Shown in pieces: positions 54,471 to 64,000 of a stretch of 64,000 bases of DNA. The notes beneath the pieces were generated by a model. That model did not search any database. It saw nothing but the letters and a program-made list of their open reading frames with translations, and was not told where the DNA came from. The stretch lies in the NCBI GenBank assembly GCA_902779285.1, contig CACZAZ010000003.1:10014-74013 (forward strand). The letters run 5' to 3'. Each line of letters starts with the position of its first letter. Positions within the stretch are counted from its first letter, which is position 1. The position numbers and the translations under genes are program-made. Source of the stretch: an uncultured Ruminococcus sp. (GTDB lineage Bacteria > Bacillota > Clostridia > Oscillospirales > CAG-272).

Positions 54471-55907
54471 ATGGAAAACAGGCACGACGGATACGTTTCC
54501 CCGCTTTCGACGCGTTACGCGAGCGAGGAGATGCAGGCGGTCTTTTCCGACAATTTCAAGTTCCGGGCGTGGCGGCGTCTCTGGATCTCGCTGGCGAAGG
54601 CGGAGAGGGCGCTCGGTCTTCCCGTGACGGAGGAACAGATCGCGGAGATGGAAGCGCACCGTGACGACGTCAACTACGAGGTCGCGGAAGCCCGCGAAAA
54701 GGAAGTCCGGCACGACGTGATGGCGCACGTTTACGCCTTCGGGAAACAATGCCCGAAAGCCGAGCCCATCATCCACCTCGGCGCGACCTCCTGCTACGTC
54801 GGGGACAACGCCGACGTACTGGCGCTCCGCGAGGCGTCGAAGATCGTTTTGAAGAAAGCCGCGCAGGTGCTTCGCAACCTGAGGGCGTTCGCCGTCAAGT
54901 ACCGCGCTCTGCCCTGCCTCGGCTACACGCATCTGCAGCCCGCGCAGCTCACCACGGTCGGCAAGCGCGCCACGCTCTGGATGTACGAACTCTCGTCGGA
55001 TATCGAGGAACTCGAACACCGTCTCGACAAACTGCTCCTGCTCGGGAGCAAGGGCACGACCGGAACGCAGGCGTCCTTCCTCGAACTGTTCGGCGGCGAT
55101 CACGAAAAGGTCAAGAAACTGGACGAGATGATCGCGGACGACCTCGGTTTCCCCGGTACGGTCGCCGTCTCGGGGCAGACCTATTCCCGCAAGGTCGACG
55201 CCAACTTCCTCGCCGTCCTGTCGGGCTTCGCGCAGTCGGCGTACAAGTTCGCGAACGACCTCCGCATCCTGCAGTCGTTCGAGGAGATCGAAGAGCCGTT
55301 TGAGAGTCATCAGATCGGCTCGTCCGCGATGCCCTACAAGCGCAATCCCATGAGGTGCGAACGGATCTCGGCGCTTGCGCGCTACGTCATCGTTGATTCG
55401 CTGAATCCCGCGTTCACGGCGGGCACGCAATGGTTCGAGAGGACGCTCGACGATTCCGCGAACCGCCGGATCTCGGTGTCCGAGGCGTTCCTTTCGGTCG
55501 ACGCGATCCTGAATATCTATATGAACGTCACCTCGGGGCTGGTGGTCTACGACCGCGTGATCGATCGCCGCGTCCGCGAGAAACTGCCGTTTATGGCGAC
55601 TGAAAATATCCTGATGAGATCGGTCAAGGCGGGCGGGGACCGTCAGGCGCTGCACGAACGGCTCCGGGTCCATTCCCACGCCGCCGCCGCCAACGTCAAA
55701 CTCGAGGGCGGCAAGAACGACCTGCTCGAACGGATCAAGGGCGACCCCGCCTTCCCGATCGAAGCCGAGGAGATCGACGCCGTGCTGGATCCCGCGCTCT
55801 ACGTCGGACGCGCCCCCGAACAGGTGGACGAGTTCCTTGCGGACGTGGTCGATCCCATCCTCGCCCGTTACCCCGACAAAGGGCTGGTCGGGGAACTCAA
55901 CGTGTAA
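54471..55907 (+). CDS. purB: adenylosuccinate lyase
   Basis: SPLSTRYASEEM at the N-terminus and the signature GSSAMPYKRNP. An extended -10 (tgcTATAAT) lies at 54428-54436. Confidence 0.9.
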   Translation: MENRHDGYVSPLSTRYASEEMQAVFSDNFKFRAWRRLWISLAKAERALGLPVTEEQIAEMEAHRDDVNYEVAEAREKEVRHDVMAHVYAFGKQCPKAEPIIHLGATSCYVGDNADVLALREASKIVLKKAAQVLRNLRAFAVKYRALPCLGYTHLQPAQLTTVGKRATLWMYELSSDIEELEHRLDKLLLLGSKGTTGTQASFLELFGGDHEKVKKLDEMIADDLGFPGTVAVSGQTYSRKVDANFLAVLSGFAQSAYKFANDLRILQSFEEIEEPFESHQIGSSAMPYKRNPMRCERISALARYVIVDSLNPAFTAGTQWFERTLDDSANRRISVSEAFLSVDAILNIYMNVTSGLVVYDRVIDRRVREKLPFMATENILMRSVKAGGDRQALHERLRVHSHAAAANVKLEGGKNDLLERIKGDPAFPIEAEEIDAVLDPALYVGRAPEQVDEFLADVVDPILARYPDKGLVGELNV

Positions 55908-55936
55908 TTCAAGTACCATAGATAAAGGAGAACGAA

Positions 55937-57445
55937 ATGGCAACTATTCTGGAGGGAATGTCCCACACGTTCAGCGAGTATCTTCTGCTTCCCGGGTACA
56001 CCGATGAGAACTGCATCCCCGCGAACGTCTCGCTCAAAACCCCGCTCGTGAAGTACCGTCCCGACGAGGAGGAATCCCCGATCACGCTCAGTATCCCGAT
56101 GGTCTCCGCGATCATGCAGTCGGTTTCCGACGACCGGATGGCGATCGCTCTGGCGAAGGAGGGCGGGCTCTCCTTCATCTACGGCTCGCAGAGCATCGAG
56201 GACGAGGCGGCGATGGTCGCCCGCGTCAAGAACTACAAGGCGGGCTTCGTCGTCAGCGATTCCAACCTGAAACCCACCGACACGCTCGCGGACGTTCTGG
56301 CGCTGGTCGAGCGGACCGGACATAACACCGTCGCAGTCACCGAGGACGGGACCGCGAACGGACGGCTGGTCGGCGTGGTGACCGGGCGCGACTACCGCGT
56401 CAGCCGGATGTCGACCGATCTCAAGGTCGCAAGTTTTATGACCCCGCTTGAAAAACTCGTGACCGCCCCCGCCACCACCTCGCTCAAAGAGGCGAACGAC
56501 ATCATCTGGGATCACAAGCTCAATTCGCTCCCCCTGATCGACGAGAAGGGACGGCTCTGCTATTTCGTTTTCCGCAAGGACTACGACGAACACAAACAGA
56601 ATCCGCAGGAGATGCTCGATTCGAGCAAGCGGTATATGGTCGGCGCGGGCATCAACACGCTCGACTACGAGAAACGCGTTCCCGCCCTGATCGCGGCGGG
56701 CGCCGACGTCCTCTGCATCGACTCGTCCGAGGGCTACACCTGCTGGCAGAAGAAGACGCTCGACTTCATCCGCGAGAACTACGGCAACGCCGTCAAGGTC
56801 GGTGCGGGCAACGTGGTCGACCGCGAGGGCTTCCTGTTCCTCGCGCGCGCCGGAGCCGACTTCGTGAAGATCGGTATCGGCGGCGGCTCGATCTGCATCA
56901 CCCGCGAACAGAAAGGTATCGGACGCGGGCAGGCGAGCGCCGTGATCGAGGTCGCCGCGGCAAGAGACGAGTACTACCGCGAGACCGGTATCTACGTTCC
57001 GATCTGTTCGGACGGCGGTATCGTTCACGACTACCACATGACCCTCGCGCTCGCGATGGGCGCCGACTTCCTGATGCTGGGCAGATACTTCGCCCGCTTC
57101 GACGAATCCCCGACCCCGAAACTCCAGGTCAACGGCACTTACGTCAAGGAGTACTGGGGCGAGGGCTCCAACCGCGCCCGCAACTGGCAGCGGTACGACC
57201 TCGGCGGCAAAGCCAAACTTTCCTTCGAGGAGGGCGTCGATTCCTACGTCGTTTACGCCGGCTCGCTCCGAGACAACGTGGCGAAATCGCTCTACAAGGT
57301 CAAGTCAACGATGTGCAACGTCGGCGTGCTGACCATCCCCGAACTGCAGAAGAACGCGCGCATCACGCTGGTCTCCGCGACGTCGATCGTCGAGGGCAGT
57401 TACCACGACGTGACGCTCCGCAGTACGGCGAACATCAAGAACTGA
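55937..57445 (+). CDS. guaB: IMP dehydrogenase
   Basis: A CBS pair inside a TIM barrel, and the catalytic loop [12 protein letters not shown]. Confidence 0.85.
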   Translation: MATILEGMSHTFSEYLLLPGYTDENCIPANVSLKTPLVKYRPDEEESPITLSIPMVSAIMQSVSDDRMAIALAKEGGLSFIYGSQSIEDEAAMVARVKNYKAGFVVSDSNLKPTDTLADVLALVERTGHNTVAVTEDGTANGRLVGVVTGRDYRVSRMSTDLKVASFMTPLEKLVTAPATTSLKEANDIIWDHKLNSLPLIDEKGRLCYFVFRKDYDEHKQNPQEMLDSSKRYMVGAGINTLDYEKRVPALIAAGADVLCIDSSEGYTCWQKKTLDFIRENYGNAVKVGAGNVVDREGFLFLARAGADFVKIGIGGGSICITREQKGIGRGQASAVIEVAAARDEYYRETGIYVPICSDGGIVHDYHMTLALAMGADFLMLGRYFARFDESPTPKLQVNGTYVKEYWGEGSNRARNWQRYDLGGKAKLSFEEGVDSYVVYAGSLRDNVAKSLYKVKSTMCNVGVLTIPELQKNARITLVSATSIVEGSYHDVTLRSTANIKN

Positions 57446-57452
57446 CGGAAAA

Positions 57453-57480
57453 CGGCGGCACCGATCGTGCCGCTTTTTTC
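57453..57480 (+). terminator. rho-independent terminator after guaB
   Basis: ggcggcac cgatc gtgccgc, followed by ttttttc. Confidence 0.7.
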
Positions 57481-57523
57481 GTATCCGACGTCACAGAGAG
57501 CGAAACGAAAAGAGACACGGTAA

Positions 57524-60202
57524 ATGAAAACCTTTGAAAAAGTTCGATTCAACGGCACGTTCCGCACGTATCAGCAGAGAGTGCTGGACCGCGCGCCGAA
57601 ATACCTCCTGGACGGACGGATCAACGTCGTCGCGGCGCCCGGAAGCGGCAAAACCATTCTCGGGCTGGAACTGATCCGGCGGCTGAACGCGCCCGCCGTG
57701 ATCCTGTCGCCTACGACGACGATCAAGTATCAATGGGGAACAAGGTTCGCGGAAAACTTTCTCGAAGAGGGAGAGGACCCCGGCGAATACTTTTCCTACG
57801 ACCTTCACGAGATCACGCTGATCAACTCGATCACCTATCAGGCGCTTCACTCGGCAATGAGCCGCGTTCCGATCGAGGAGGACGGCGTGACGGTCGACTA
57901 TTCCGACGTCGATATCTTTCAGTTGATGAAGAAATACGGCGTCAAGACCGTCTGCCTTGACGAGGCGCACCATCTGCAGAACGAATGGCAGAAAGCGTTG
58001 GAACAGTTTCTCGACGGGCTTGGCGAGGAGGTCCGGATCATTGCGTTGACCGCCACCCCGCCCTACGACGCGGGGCAGACCGAATGGGAACGGTACGAAC
58101 GGGTCTGCGGTCCGATCGACGAGGAGATCTTCGTCCCGGAACTGGTGAACGACAAAACCCTGTGTCCCCATCAGGATTACGTTTACTTCAACTATCCGAC
58201 CAAGGAAGAGACCGCGTCGTTCAAGGAGTATCGGGAAAAGGTCCTGACGGGGATCGGGGAACTGCAGGCGCTCGGATTCTACCCGAAGGTCTACGAATTT
58301 ATCTTTGCGCGGTACGAGAGCGATCAGGAGACCCTTTACGAGAACACGAGGGGGGTTATTGCGACCCTGATCCTCCTGAACGCGATCGGGATCCCCGTCG
58401 ACGAAAAGATCGTCGGATCGTTTACCGGCAAGAAGAGACTTCCCGACCTCGACGTTGAGTTTTGCGAAAGAGCGTATCGTTTTCTTCTCGAGAGCGAGAT
58501 CCTGAACGAGGAAGAGAAAAACGAGATCCGCCTGATCCTGAAGAGCAACGGTCTGATCGAACGGGGGCAGCCGGTATTCTCGCTGAAAGAAAACGCCAAA
58601 CACAAACTGATCAGCTCGGTCGGGAAACTGAAGAGCATCACCGAAATCGTCAAAAGCGAAAGCGGGAATATGGGCGACGCGCTGCGCCTCCTGATCCTGA
58701 CCGACTTTATCAAGAAAGAATCCGTCAAGAATCTGTTTTCGGGCAAAACGCCGGGAGAGGTCAGCGTCGTTTCCATCTTCGAGTGCCTTGCCGAGAGCGA
58801 TCCCGGGTACAGAATGGGCGTGCTGTCCGGCGGGCTGATTATTCTGCCGACCGACTGCGGGCAATATCTTGAGCGTTTCAACGTAAAATGCACGCCGATC
58901 GGTGACACGATCTATTCGGAGTTTTCGTTCGGCGCGGTCAAGAACAAGGACAAGGTGGACGCCGTTTCCGAACTGTTCGAGCGCGGGATCATCCGGATCC
59001 TGATCGGAACCAAGGCGCTTCTCGGCGAGGGGTGGGATTCGCCCTGCATCAACACGCTGATCCTCGCCAGTTTCGTCGGGAGTTTCATGCTCTCCAACCA
59101 GATGCGGGGAAGAGCCATTCGGATCGATAAAAACAACCCGGACAAGGTTTCGAACGTCTGGCATCTGGTCACGCTGGAACCCGACTACATCTTTGAGGAG
59201 ACGGCGCTCGGCGCACAAATCGCGAAAAGGCAGACCGACCACAGCCGGATCGTCTCCTACGACTATAAAACGCTCGAAAGACGCTTCGAGTGTTTCACCG
59301 GCCCCAACTATACGACCGGGGAGATCGAGAACGGGATCGAACGCCTGACCGTTATCCGCCCGCCTTTCGATCGGAAGGGAATAGAGAGGATCAACCGCGA
59401 AATGCTGGAGCGTGCGGCGCAGAGAGACAATACGAAGAGCAAGTGGGCAACCGCACTCGTAAACAACGTCAGACTGACCGAGGAGATCGTCGTTCCGAAA
59501 GAAAGCGTCGTCAAACCGATCGTTTTCATCAATTACGTCGCTCTGACGGCGCTTCTCAGCGTCGACGCGGGGGTCATGGCAGCGGAATTTGCCGTGTTGA
59601 ATTCCACGTTGAGAACCGCGGCAAGTGAAGAGATAAACGTTTCCGATTGGCGCGGTTTGTTGCTCGTTTCGTCGCTCCTCCTGCTCCTCGGCTTGACCTA
59701 TCTGACGGCGAAACTCGCAAGGAAAATCATCCTGCACTCGACCCCGAAAAAGAATATGACGCAACTGGCAAACGCCTTCCTTCGGACGCTGCAGCAGACG
59801 AACAAGATCGGTTACAACGCGATCGTCAAATCCGAAGGCAGAGACGTGTCGGTCTATCTCCATCTCGCGCACGCCACGACCTACGAACAAAATCTTTTCA
59901 ATACGGCGATCAACGAGATCCTGTCTCCGATCGACAACCCGCGTTATATCCTGATCTTCAAGCGGCGTAACCGCCTGTATTTTGAGCAGTCGTACGCCTG
60001 CCCGTCGATTATCGGTCAGAAGAAGGAACTCGTCGAACTCTTCGCCGACAATCTGGCGGGACGGGTCGGAGATTTCGAGATCGTCTACACCCGGAACGAC
60101 GAGGGAAGAAAACTGTTGATGAAGGCAAAAAAATACGCCCTGATCTCGAGAAGCGAGAACCAATCTCCGAAACGCAGGCGGAGAATCGCCCGTTTCGAAT
60201 AA
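57524..60202 (+). CDS. SF2 (DEAH) helicase-family protein with two hydrophobic segments and an uncharacterised C-terminal domain
   Basis: Motif I AAPGSGKT, motif II CLDEAHHL, motif III LTATPPY, motif VI QMRGRAIR. Hydrophobic stretches are PIVFINYVALTALLSVDAGVMAAEFAVL and GLLLVSSLLLLLGLTYL. Confidence 0.75.
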   Translation: MKTFEKVRFNGTFRTYQQRVLDRAPKYLLDGRINVVAAPGSGKTILGLELIRRLNAPAVILSPTTTIKYQWGTRFAENFLEEGEDPGEYFSYDLHEITLINSITYQALHSAMSRVPIEEDGVTVDYSDVDIFQLMKKYGVKTVCLDEAHHLQNEWQKALEQFLDGLGEEVRIIALTATPPYDAGQTEWERYERVCGPIDEEIFVPELVNDKTLCPHQDYVYFNYPTKEETASFKEYREKVLTGIGELQALGFYPKVYEFIFARYESDQETLYENTRGVIATLILLNAIGIPVDEKIVGSFTGKKRLPDLDVEFCERAYRFLLESEILNEEEKNEIRLILKSNGLIERGQPVFSLKENAKHKLISSVGKLKSITEIVKSESGNMGDALRLLILTDFIKKESVKNLFSGKTPGEVSVVSIFECLAESDPGYRMGVLSGGLIILPTDCGQYLERFNVKCTPIGDTIYSEFSFGAVKNKDKVDAVSELFERGIIRILIGTKALLGEGWDSPCINTLILASFVGSFMLSNQMRGRAIRIDKNNPDKVSNVWHLVTLEPDYIFEETALGAQIAKRQTDHSRIVSYDYKTLERRFECFTGPNYTTGEIENGIERLTVIRPPFDRKGIERINREMLERAAQRDNTKSKWATALVNNVRLTEEIVVPKESVVKPIVFINYVALTALLSVDAGVMAAEFAVLNSTLRTAASEEINVSDWRGLLLVSSLLLLLGLTYLTAKLARKIILHSTPKKNMTQLANAFLRTLQQTNKIGYNAIVKSEGRDVSVYLHLAHATTYEQNLFNTAINEILSPIDNPRYILIFKRRNRLYFEQSYACPSIIGQKKELVELFADNLAGRVGDFEIVYTRNDEGRKLLMKAKKYALISRSENQSPKRRRRIARFE

Positions 60203-60238
60203 AGCGACCGCCGCACGGAGCACCGTGCGGCGGCGGTA

Positions 60239-60451
60239 TTATTCGTCTTCTCCAAACATCCGGTCGACGGCGTGATCGAGCGCGTCGGCGCATTTCTTGC
60301 CCGCCTTTTTCATTGCGCATTTGGCGTCGCTGCGCTTGTACCAGAGCAGCGTTCCCATAGCACCCAGCCCCATCGCCGCCGCGATCCAGAACACCACCGC
60401 CGGCGAACAGCACTCCCGCCGCTTCTTTTTCTCTTTGCAAAGCATCATCAT
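60239..60451 (-). CDS. small (70 aa) single-TM protein
   Basis: AAGGAG lies 8 nt upstream of the first of three ATGs. The TM segment is AVVFWIAAAMGLGAMGTLLW. Confidence 0.5.
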   Translation of the reverse strand: MMMLCKEKKKRRECCSPAVVFWIAAAMGLGAMGTLLWYKRSDAKCAMKKAGKKCADALDHAVDRMFGEDE

Positions 60452-60557
60452 TCCGAGAACTCCTTTTTGTCCTATTGTGCCACGCCGCTTCCTTTCTTAT
60501 TCCTTGGTTTCTTTTTTCAAGCAAACCGCGCCGGCAAACGCCAAGCCATTGGAAACA

Positions 60558-60830
60558 TTTTCAACCTAACCGCGCCAGCAGATGCCGCCTGACAGGAGGA
60601 GGCAGATGCAGAATTCGCGCTTGCGACCCGACGCTGTACAATCGTACTGCAAGTGGTCGCAAACGCGGATAGAAAAACAAAAAACAAATCAAAGAAGAAA
60701 ACCGCCCCTCGGGGCGGTTTTCAACCTCTATTGCGTTTTACTATGCAGGTTTTTCAAACAGGGTGGAATGCTTTAACGGACTTATATATTCCATCCTTTT
60801 TGTTTTTCGGTCTGCGCTGAAATCCGCCTG
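60558..60830 (-). repeat. copy B of the 3'-flank repeat, in the sense orientation of glmS
   Basis: It starts at the first base after the glmS stop. It contains terminator 60702-60717 and the hairpin tcgcgcttgcgacc/ggtcgcaaacgcgg (60615-60668). The part distal to the terminator is bracketed by ttttcaacct at 60558 and 60718. Confidence 0.75.
60685..60717 (-). terminator. glmS terminator, part of repeat copy B
   Basis: ccgccc ctcg gggcgg, followed on the minus strand by ttttcttctttgatttgtttttt. Confidence 0.7.
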
Positions 60831-62666
60831 TCACTCCACCGTGACGGATTTGGCGAGGTTACGGGGCTGGTCCACGTCGCATCCGCGGGCAAGCGACACC
60901 TGGTACGCGAGCAGCTGCATCCCGGTCGCCAAAGCGATGGGCGCGACGGTCTCGGGGCAGTCGGGGCAGACAAAGGCGACCTTCGCCATCTCGCGGAGTT
61001 CCGTGACGCCCTCTTTCCCTGCGGCGAAGACGAACAGTTTCGCTCCGCGGGCGACGACCTCTTTCATATTGCCGACCATCTTCTCGCGGATGCCGGCTTC
61101 GCTCGAAATGGCGACGACCGGAGTCCCCGGCTCGATCAGCGAGATGGTGCCGTGCTTCAGTTCTCCCGCGGCGTACGCCTCGCTGTGGATGTAGGAGATC
61201 TCTTTCAGTTTCAAGGACGCTTCGGCTGCGAGCGTGGCGTCGAAGAGTCGACCGATAAAGAACATATCGTCCTTTTCGGCGATGTCTGCGGCGATGGATT
61301 TGAGTTCCTTTTCGCGGGCGATGATCTTCTTGATCTCGGCGGGGAGGGCGATCGTCAGATCGGAAACGTACTTCCGGGCGACCTCCTCCGTAACGGTCCC
61401 GCGGATCATCCCCGTCCAGACCCCGAACAGGGTCATCAGGGCGGTCTGCACGGTGTACGCCTTGGTGCTGGCGACGGCGATCTCGGGTCCCGCGTAGGTG
61501 TAAAGCACCGCGTCGGATTCACGCGCGACGGTCGAGCCGACGGTGTTGACGATCCCGAGCGTGAAAGCGCCCGCCGCTTTTGCAAGCCGGAGCGCGGCGA
61601 TGGTGTCGGCGGTCTCGCCCGATTGCGAGATCAGGATCACGAGTTCGTCGGGCTCGATCACCGGATTGCGGTAACGGAACTCCGACGCGATCTCGGCGGA
61701 CGCGCGGACGCCCGCGACCCGTTCGAGGACGGCGGCTCCGGTAAGTCCGGCGTGGTAGGCGGTCCCGCAGGCGACGATACGGACCGAACGCACCGCTTTG
61801 ATCCGTTCGGGTTTCAGTCCCTCCGGGGCAAAATCGGGGATCCCGTCCGCGATGCGGGGAAGCAGGGTCTTGCGAACGGCGTCGGGCTCCTCGTAGATCT
61901 CCTTGTGCATAAAGTGGGCGTGACCGCCTCTCATCGCGGCGGCAAGATCCCAGAGAGCGGTCTGCGGCTCGCGCTTGACCTCGTTCCCCTCGGAATCGTA
62001 GACCGTCACCGTATCGCGGGTGATCCTTGCGACGTCGCCGTTTTCGAGCGCGAGATAGCGGCGGGTATAGGCGAGGATCGCCGTCACGTCGGAGGCGATC
62101 AGGTTCTCGTTTTCCCCGAGTCCCACGATGAGCGGGCTGTCCTGCCGCGCCGCCCAGATCTCGCCGGGCTTGTCTGCGAACAGGATCCCGAACGCGTACG
62201 AGCCGCGGATCTTCTTGAGCGCTTTGAGGATGCCCGCAAGACGGTCTCCCTCGCGGGTGCAGGAGTCGATCAGGAGTGCCGCCGCCTCGGTGTCGGTATC
62301 CGACTTGAAGGCGTAGCCCTGATTCTCGAGTTCGAGTTTCAGTTCGCGGCAGTTCTCGATGATCCCGTTGTGGACCAGCATCAGCCGCTCGTTCCCGTGG
62401 GGGTGCGAGTTGACGTCGGTCGGCGCGCCGTGCGTCGCCCAGCGGGTATGTCCGATCCCGCAGCGGGTGTTGACGTTCTCCTCGCTCGCCAGTTTGTTCT
62501 CAAGACAAGCGATCTTGCCCGCCGATTTGACCGAGCGGAGAGCGCCGCCCTTTTCGAAGAACGCGATCCCGGAGGAGTCGTATCCCCGGTATTCAAGCGC
62601 GTGAAGACCGCCGAGAATGACCGCGTCCGCTTTTTTGGGACCGGTATAGCCGATAATGCCGCACAT
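60831..62666 (-). CDS. glmS: glutamine--fructose-6-phosphate aminotransferase
   Basis: The N-terminus MCGIIGYTG, two SIS domains, and the C-terminus NLAKSVTVE. Confidence 0.9.
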   Translation of the reverse strand: MCGIIGYTGPKKADAVILGGLHALEYRGYDSSGIAFFEKGGALRSVKSAGKIACLENKLASEENVNTRCGIGHTRWATHGAPTDVNSHPHGNERLMLVHNGIIENCRELKLELENQGYAFKSDTDTEAAALLIDSCTREGDRLAGILKALKKIRGSYAFGILFADKPGEIWAARQDSPLIVGLGENENLIASDVTAILAYTRRYLALENGDVARITRDTVTVYDSEGNEVKREPQTALWDLAAAMRGGHAHFMHKEIYEEPDAVRKTLLPRIADGIPDFAPEGLKPERIKAVRSVRIVACGTAYHAGLTGAAVLERVAGVRASAEIASEFRYRNPVIEPDELVILISQSGETADTIAALRLAKAAGAFTLGIVNTVGSTVARESDAVLYTYAGPEIAVASTKAYTVQTALMTLFGVWTGMIRGTVTEEVARKYVSDLTIALPAEIKKIIAREKELKSIAADIAEKDDMFFIGRLFDATLAAEASLKLKEISYIHSEAYAAGELKHGTISLIEPGTPVVAISSEAGIREKMVGNMKEVVARGAKLFVFAAGKEGVTELREMAKVAFVCPDCPETVAPIALATGMQLLAYQVSLARGCDVDQPRNLAKSVTVE

Positions 62667-62686
62667 AAAAAAACTCCTGTATGAAA

Positions 62687-63355
62687 TCAGATTTTGCGGG
62701 GAACGATCGAGCCGTCCCCTTTCAGAATGGACTTTTCGGGGACGGATCCGCGGACGCGGGAGAGCGGATAGATAACGGTATCGCGCCCGACGACCGATCC
62801 GGGGCAGAGTACGCTGTTGCAACCGACGTCGACCCCGTCTCCGAGGATCGCGCCGAGCTTCCGCATCCCGGTCTCGATCTTTTCGTTCCCGTCGCGCACG
62901 CCGACGTTTCCCTTGTCGCTCCGGAAATTGGAGGCGACGACGCCCGCGCCCATGTGCGAACGGAAACCGAGGATCGAGTCTCCGACGTAGTTGTAGTGGG
63001 GGACCTGCACGTTATCGAAGATCACGGCGTTTTTGACCTCGGTCGAGTTGCCGACGACGCAATTGTCTCCGATCAGCGCCGACCCGCGGATGAACGCGCA
63101 ATGCCGCACCTCGGTTCCGGCGCCGATCACGGTCGGACCCTGGATCAGGGCGGTCGGGGCGATCTTCGCCGTCTTGTGCGCAAAGACCCCGGGGGCGATC
63201 TCGTCGTATTCCTCTCTCGAAAGAGAAGCGCCGAGTTCGCGGATGAACTCTTTTAAAAGCGGCAGGATCTCCCACGGATAGCGCTTGCCGCGGAACAGGG
63301 GGGCGGCGAGCGTATGCGTCAGATCCAGCAGTTCTTCGATCTTCGGGATCGCCAT
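62687..63355 (-). CDS. left-handed beta-helix (hexapeptide-repeat) transferase, GlmU C-terminal-like
   Basis: Hexapeptide repeats (IGAGTEV, IGDNCVVG, ILGDGVDVG). It lies 20 nt upstream of glmS in the same operon. I preferred the ATG at 63355 by SD spacing. Confidence 0.65.
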   Translation of the reverse strand: MAIPKIEELLDLTHTLAAPLFRGKRYPWEILPLLKEFIRELGASLSREEYDEIAPGVFAHKTAKIAPTALIQGPTVIGAGTEVRHCAFIRGSALIGDNCVVGNSTEVKNAVIFDNVQVPHYNYVGDSILGFRSHMGAGVVASNFRSDKGNVGVRDGNEKIETGMRKLGAILGDGVDVGCNSVLCPGSVVGRDTVIYPLSRVRGSVPEKSILKGDGSIVPRKI

Positions 63356-63426
63356 GATCATTCTCCCGGCGTGATGCCGTTTTCGTCTCGTTTTTTCGGG
63401 CGGACGCGCCTTTGCCCGCTCTTATA

Positions 63427-63455
63427 AGTATATCACTCGCTTCGGCGTTTGTCAA
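63427..63455 (-). promoter_or_regulatory. promoter of the hexapeptide-transferase/glmS operon
   Basis: The minus strand reads TTGACA-N17-TATACT (ttgacaaacgccgaagcgagtgatatact). Confidence 0.55.
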
Positions 63456-63493
63456 TAACCGGAGAACGCCGACCCCCGTGAAGGGGGGAGGTT

Positions 63494-64000
63494 TTATTCT
63501 TCAAAGAGAAGTTCGTCCGTAAGATGCCCGGCGAAGCCGCCGAGGGTCTCGGTAAGCACGCCGTCCTCTTCTTCCAGAACGGTGAACGAGGCGTTCGGAA
63601 ACCACTCGGCTTCGTTCATCCGCTCGACCGTGCCGAACGCCGCCCTGCAATGCAGGCAGCGGATCGGGGTGGCGTGGGTGACGGCGAGCACGGTCTTCCC
63701 GCGATAGGTATTCACGATCCGGTCGAGGGCGCCGCCGATCCGTTCGTAAAGCTCGCGCATACTTTCCCCGTCTCCGGGGCGGCTGTTCGCGGGATCCTCG
63801 CACCAGATCCGGAAACACTCGGGATAGAGCCGGGCGATGTCGTCGAAATGCACGCCCTCCCATTTGCCCGAATAGATCTCGCGGAGGGCGGGATCGGGCA
63901 GGATCGGCAATCCGAGAGCGAGCGACGTCGGCAGGGCGGTCTGGATCGCGCGGATCAGATCGCTCGAAAGGATGACGTCGGGTTTCGGCACGCCGCCGTT
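63494..64000 (-). CDS. histidine phosphatase (phosphoglycerate mutase-like) family protein; N-terminus lies outside the window
   Basis: SSDLIRAIQTA and VLAVTHATPIRCL are His-phosphatase blocks. The frame stays open to the window edge, and the RHGE motif is expected upstream. Confidence 0.7.
   Translation of the reverse strand, partial: NGGVPKPDVILSSDLIRAIQTALPTSLALGLPILPDPALREIYSGKWEGVHFDDIARLYPECFRIWCEDPANSRPGDGESMRELYERIGGALDRIVNTYRGKTVLAVTHATPIRCLHCRAAFGTVERMNEAEWFPNASFTVLEEEDGVLTETLGGFAGHLTDELLFEE

Noticed and set aside
62667-63493. A glmS ribozyme expected upstream of glmS.
   Set aside because: glmS starts 20 nt after the preceding gene. The only leader, between promoter 63427-63455 and ATG 63355, is about 70 nt and lacks the conserved ribozyme core, which is too little room for a ~170-nt ribozyme.

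Overview
This 64-kb window is GC-rich chromosomal DNA. Its gene content, SD-type ribosome-binding sites, lipoboxes and sigma-70-type promoters look like a Gram-positive, Clostridia-like anaerobe, but that taxonomy is inference only. Most of it is densely packed housekeeping DNA.

Coding content, in order:
- Fe-S assembly and DNA/RNA maintenance: sufC plus a SufB/D-family gene, nth, maf, a U32 peptidase.
- Envelope and transport: two tandem heparinase II/III-like lipoproteins; a five-gene GldA/GldF/GldG/GldG/DUF4340-like ABC-2 cluster; two trigger-factor-like envelope proteins flanking rnhA; ktrB/ktrA.
- Further housekeeping: THUMP methyltransferase, GDPD, an MFS transporter, ribF, prmA, rsmE, a CdaR-like regulator, two S41 peptidases, greA, lysS, a Gfo/Idh/MocA oxidoreductase, an ABC exporter, HAD and AlkD-like genes, an XRE-type membrane regulator, a Phd/Doc pair, purB, guaB, an SF2 helicase and glmS.
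- Six tRNAs: Lys, Gln, and a Cys-Gly-Phe-Asp operon.

Points worth a second look:
1. The first ~3.2 kb is a visibly AT-richer accessory block abutting tRNA-Lys. It holds an E1/ThiF-like gene tail, two ORFs with HEPN-type motifs, an orphan ORF and a WYL protein with no obvious HTH. It is truncated by the window edge.
2. A ~270-290 nt non-coding element occurs three times. Each copy starts right after the stop codon of an unrelated gene (lysS, the oxidoreductase, glmS) and lies in the sense orientation of that gene. Each contains a terminator plus a second hairpin that shows compensatory base changes between copies.
3. lysS is interrupted by a short frame-shifting deletion, and it also carries a C-terminal Trbp111/EMAPII-like tRNA-binding domain.
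4. The 892-aa SF2 helicase has hydrophobic, membrane-like segments near its C-terminus.
5. Several compact repeat or hairpin arrays sit in leader and intergenic regions.

Many long reverse-strand ORFs, including a 2809-aa one, are antisense shadows of GC-rich genes and were rejected. All functional calls come from reading the translated ORFs and the DNA by eye; no database search was run.
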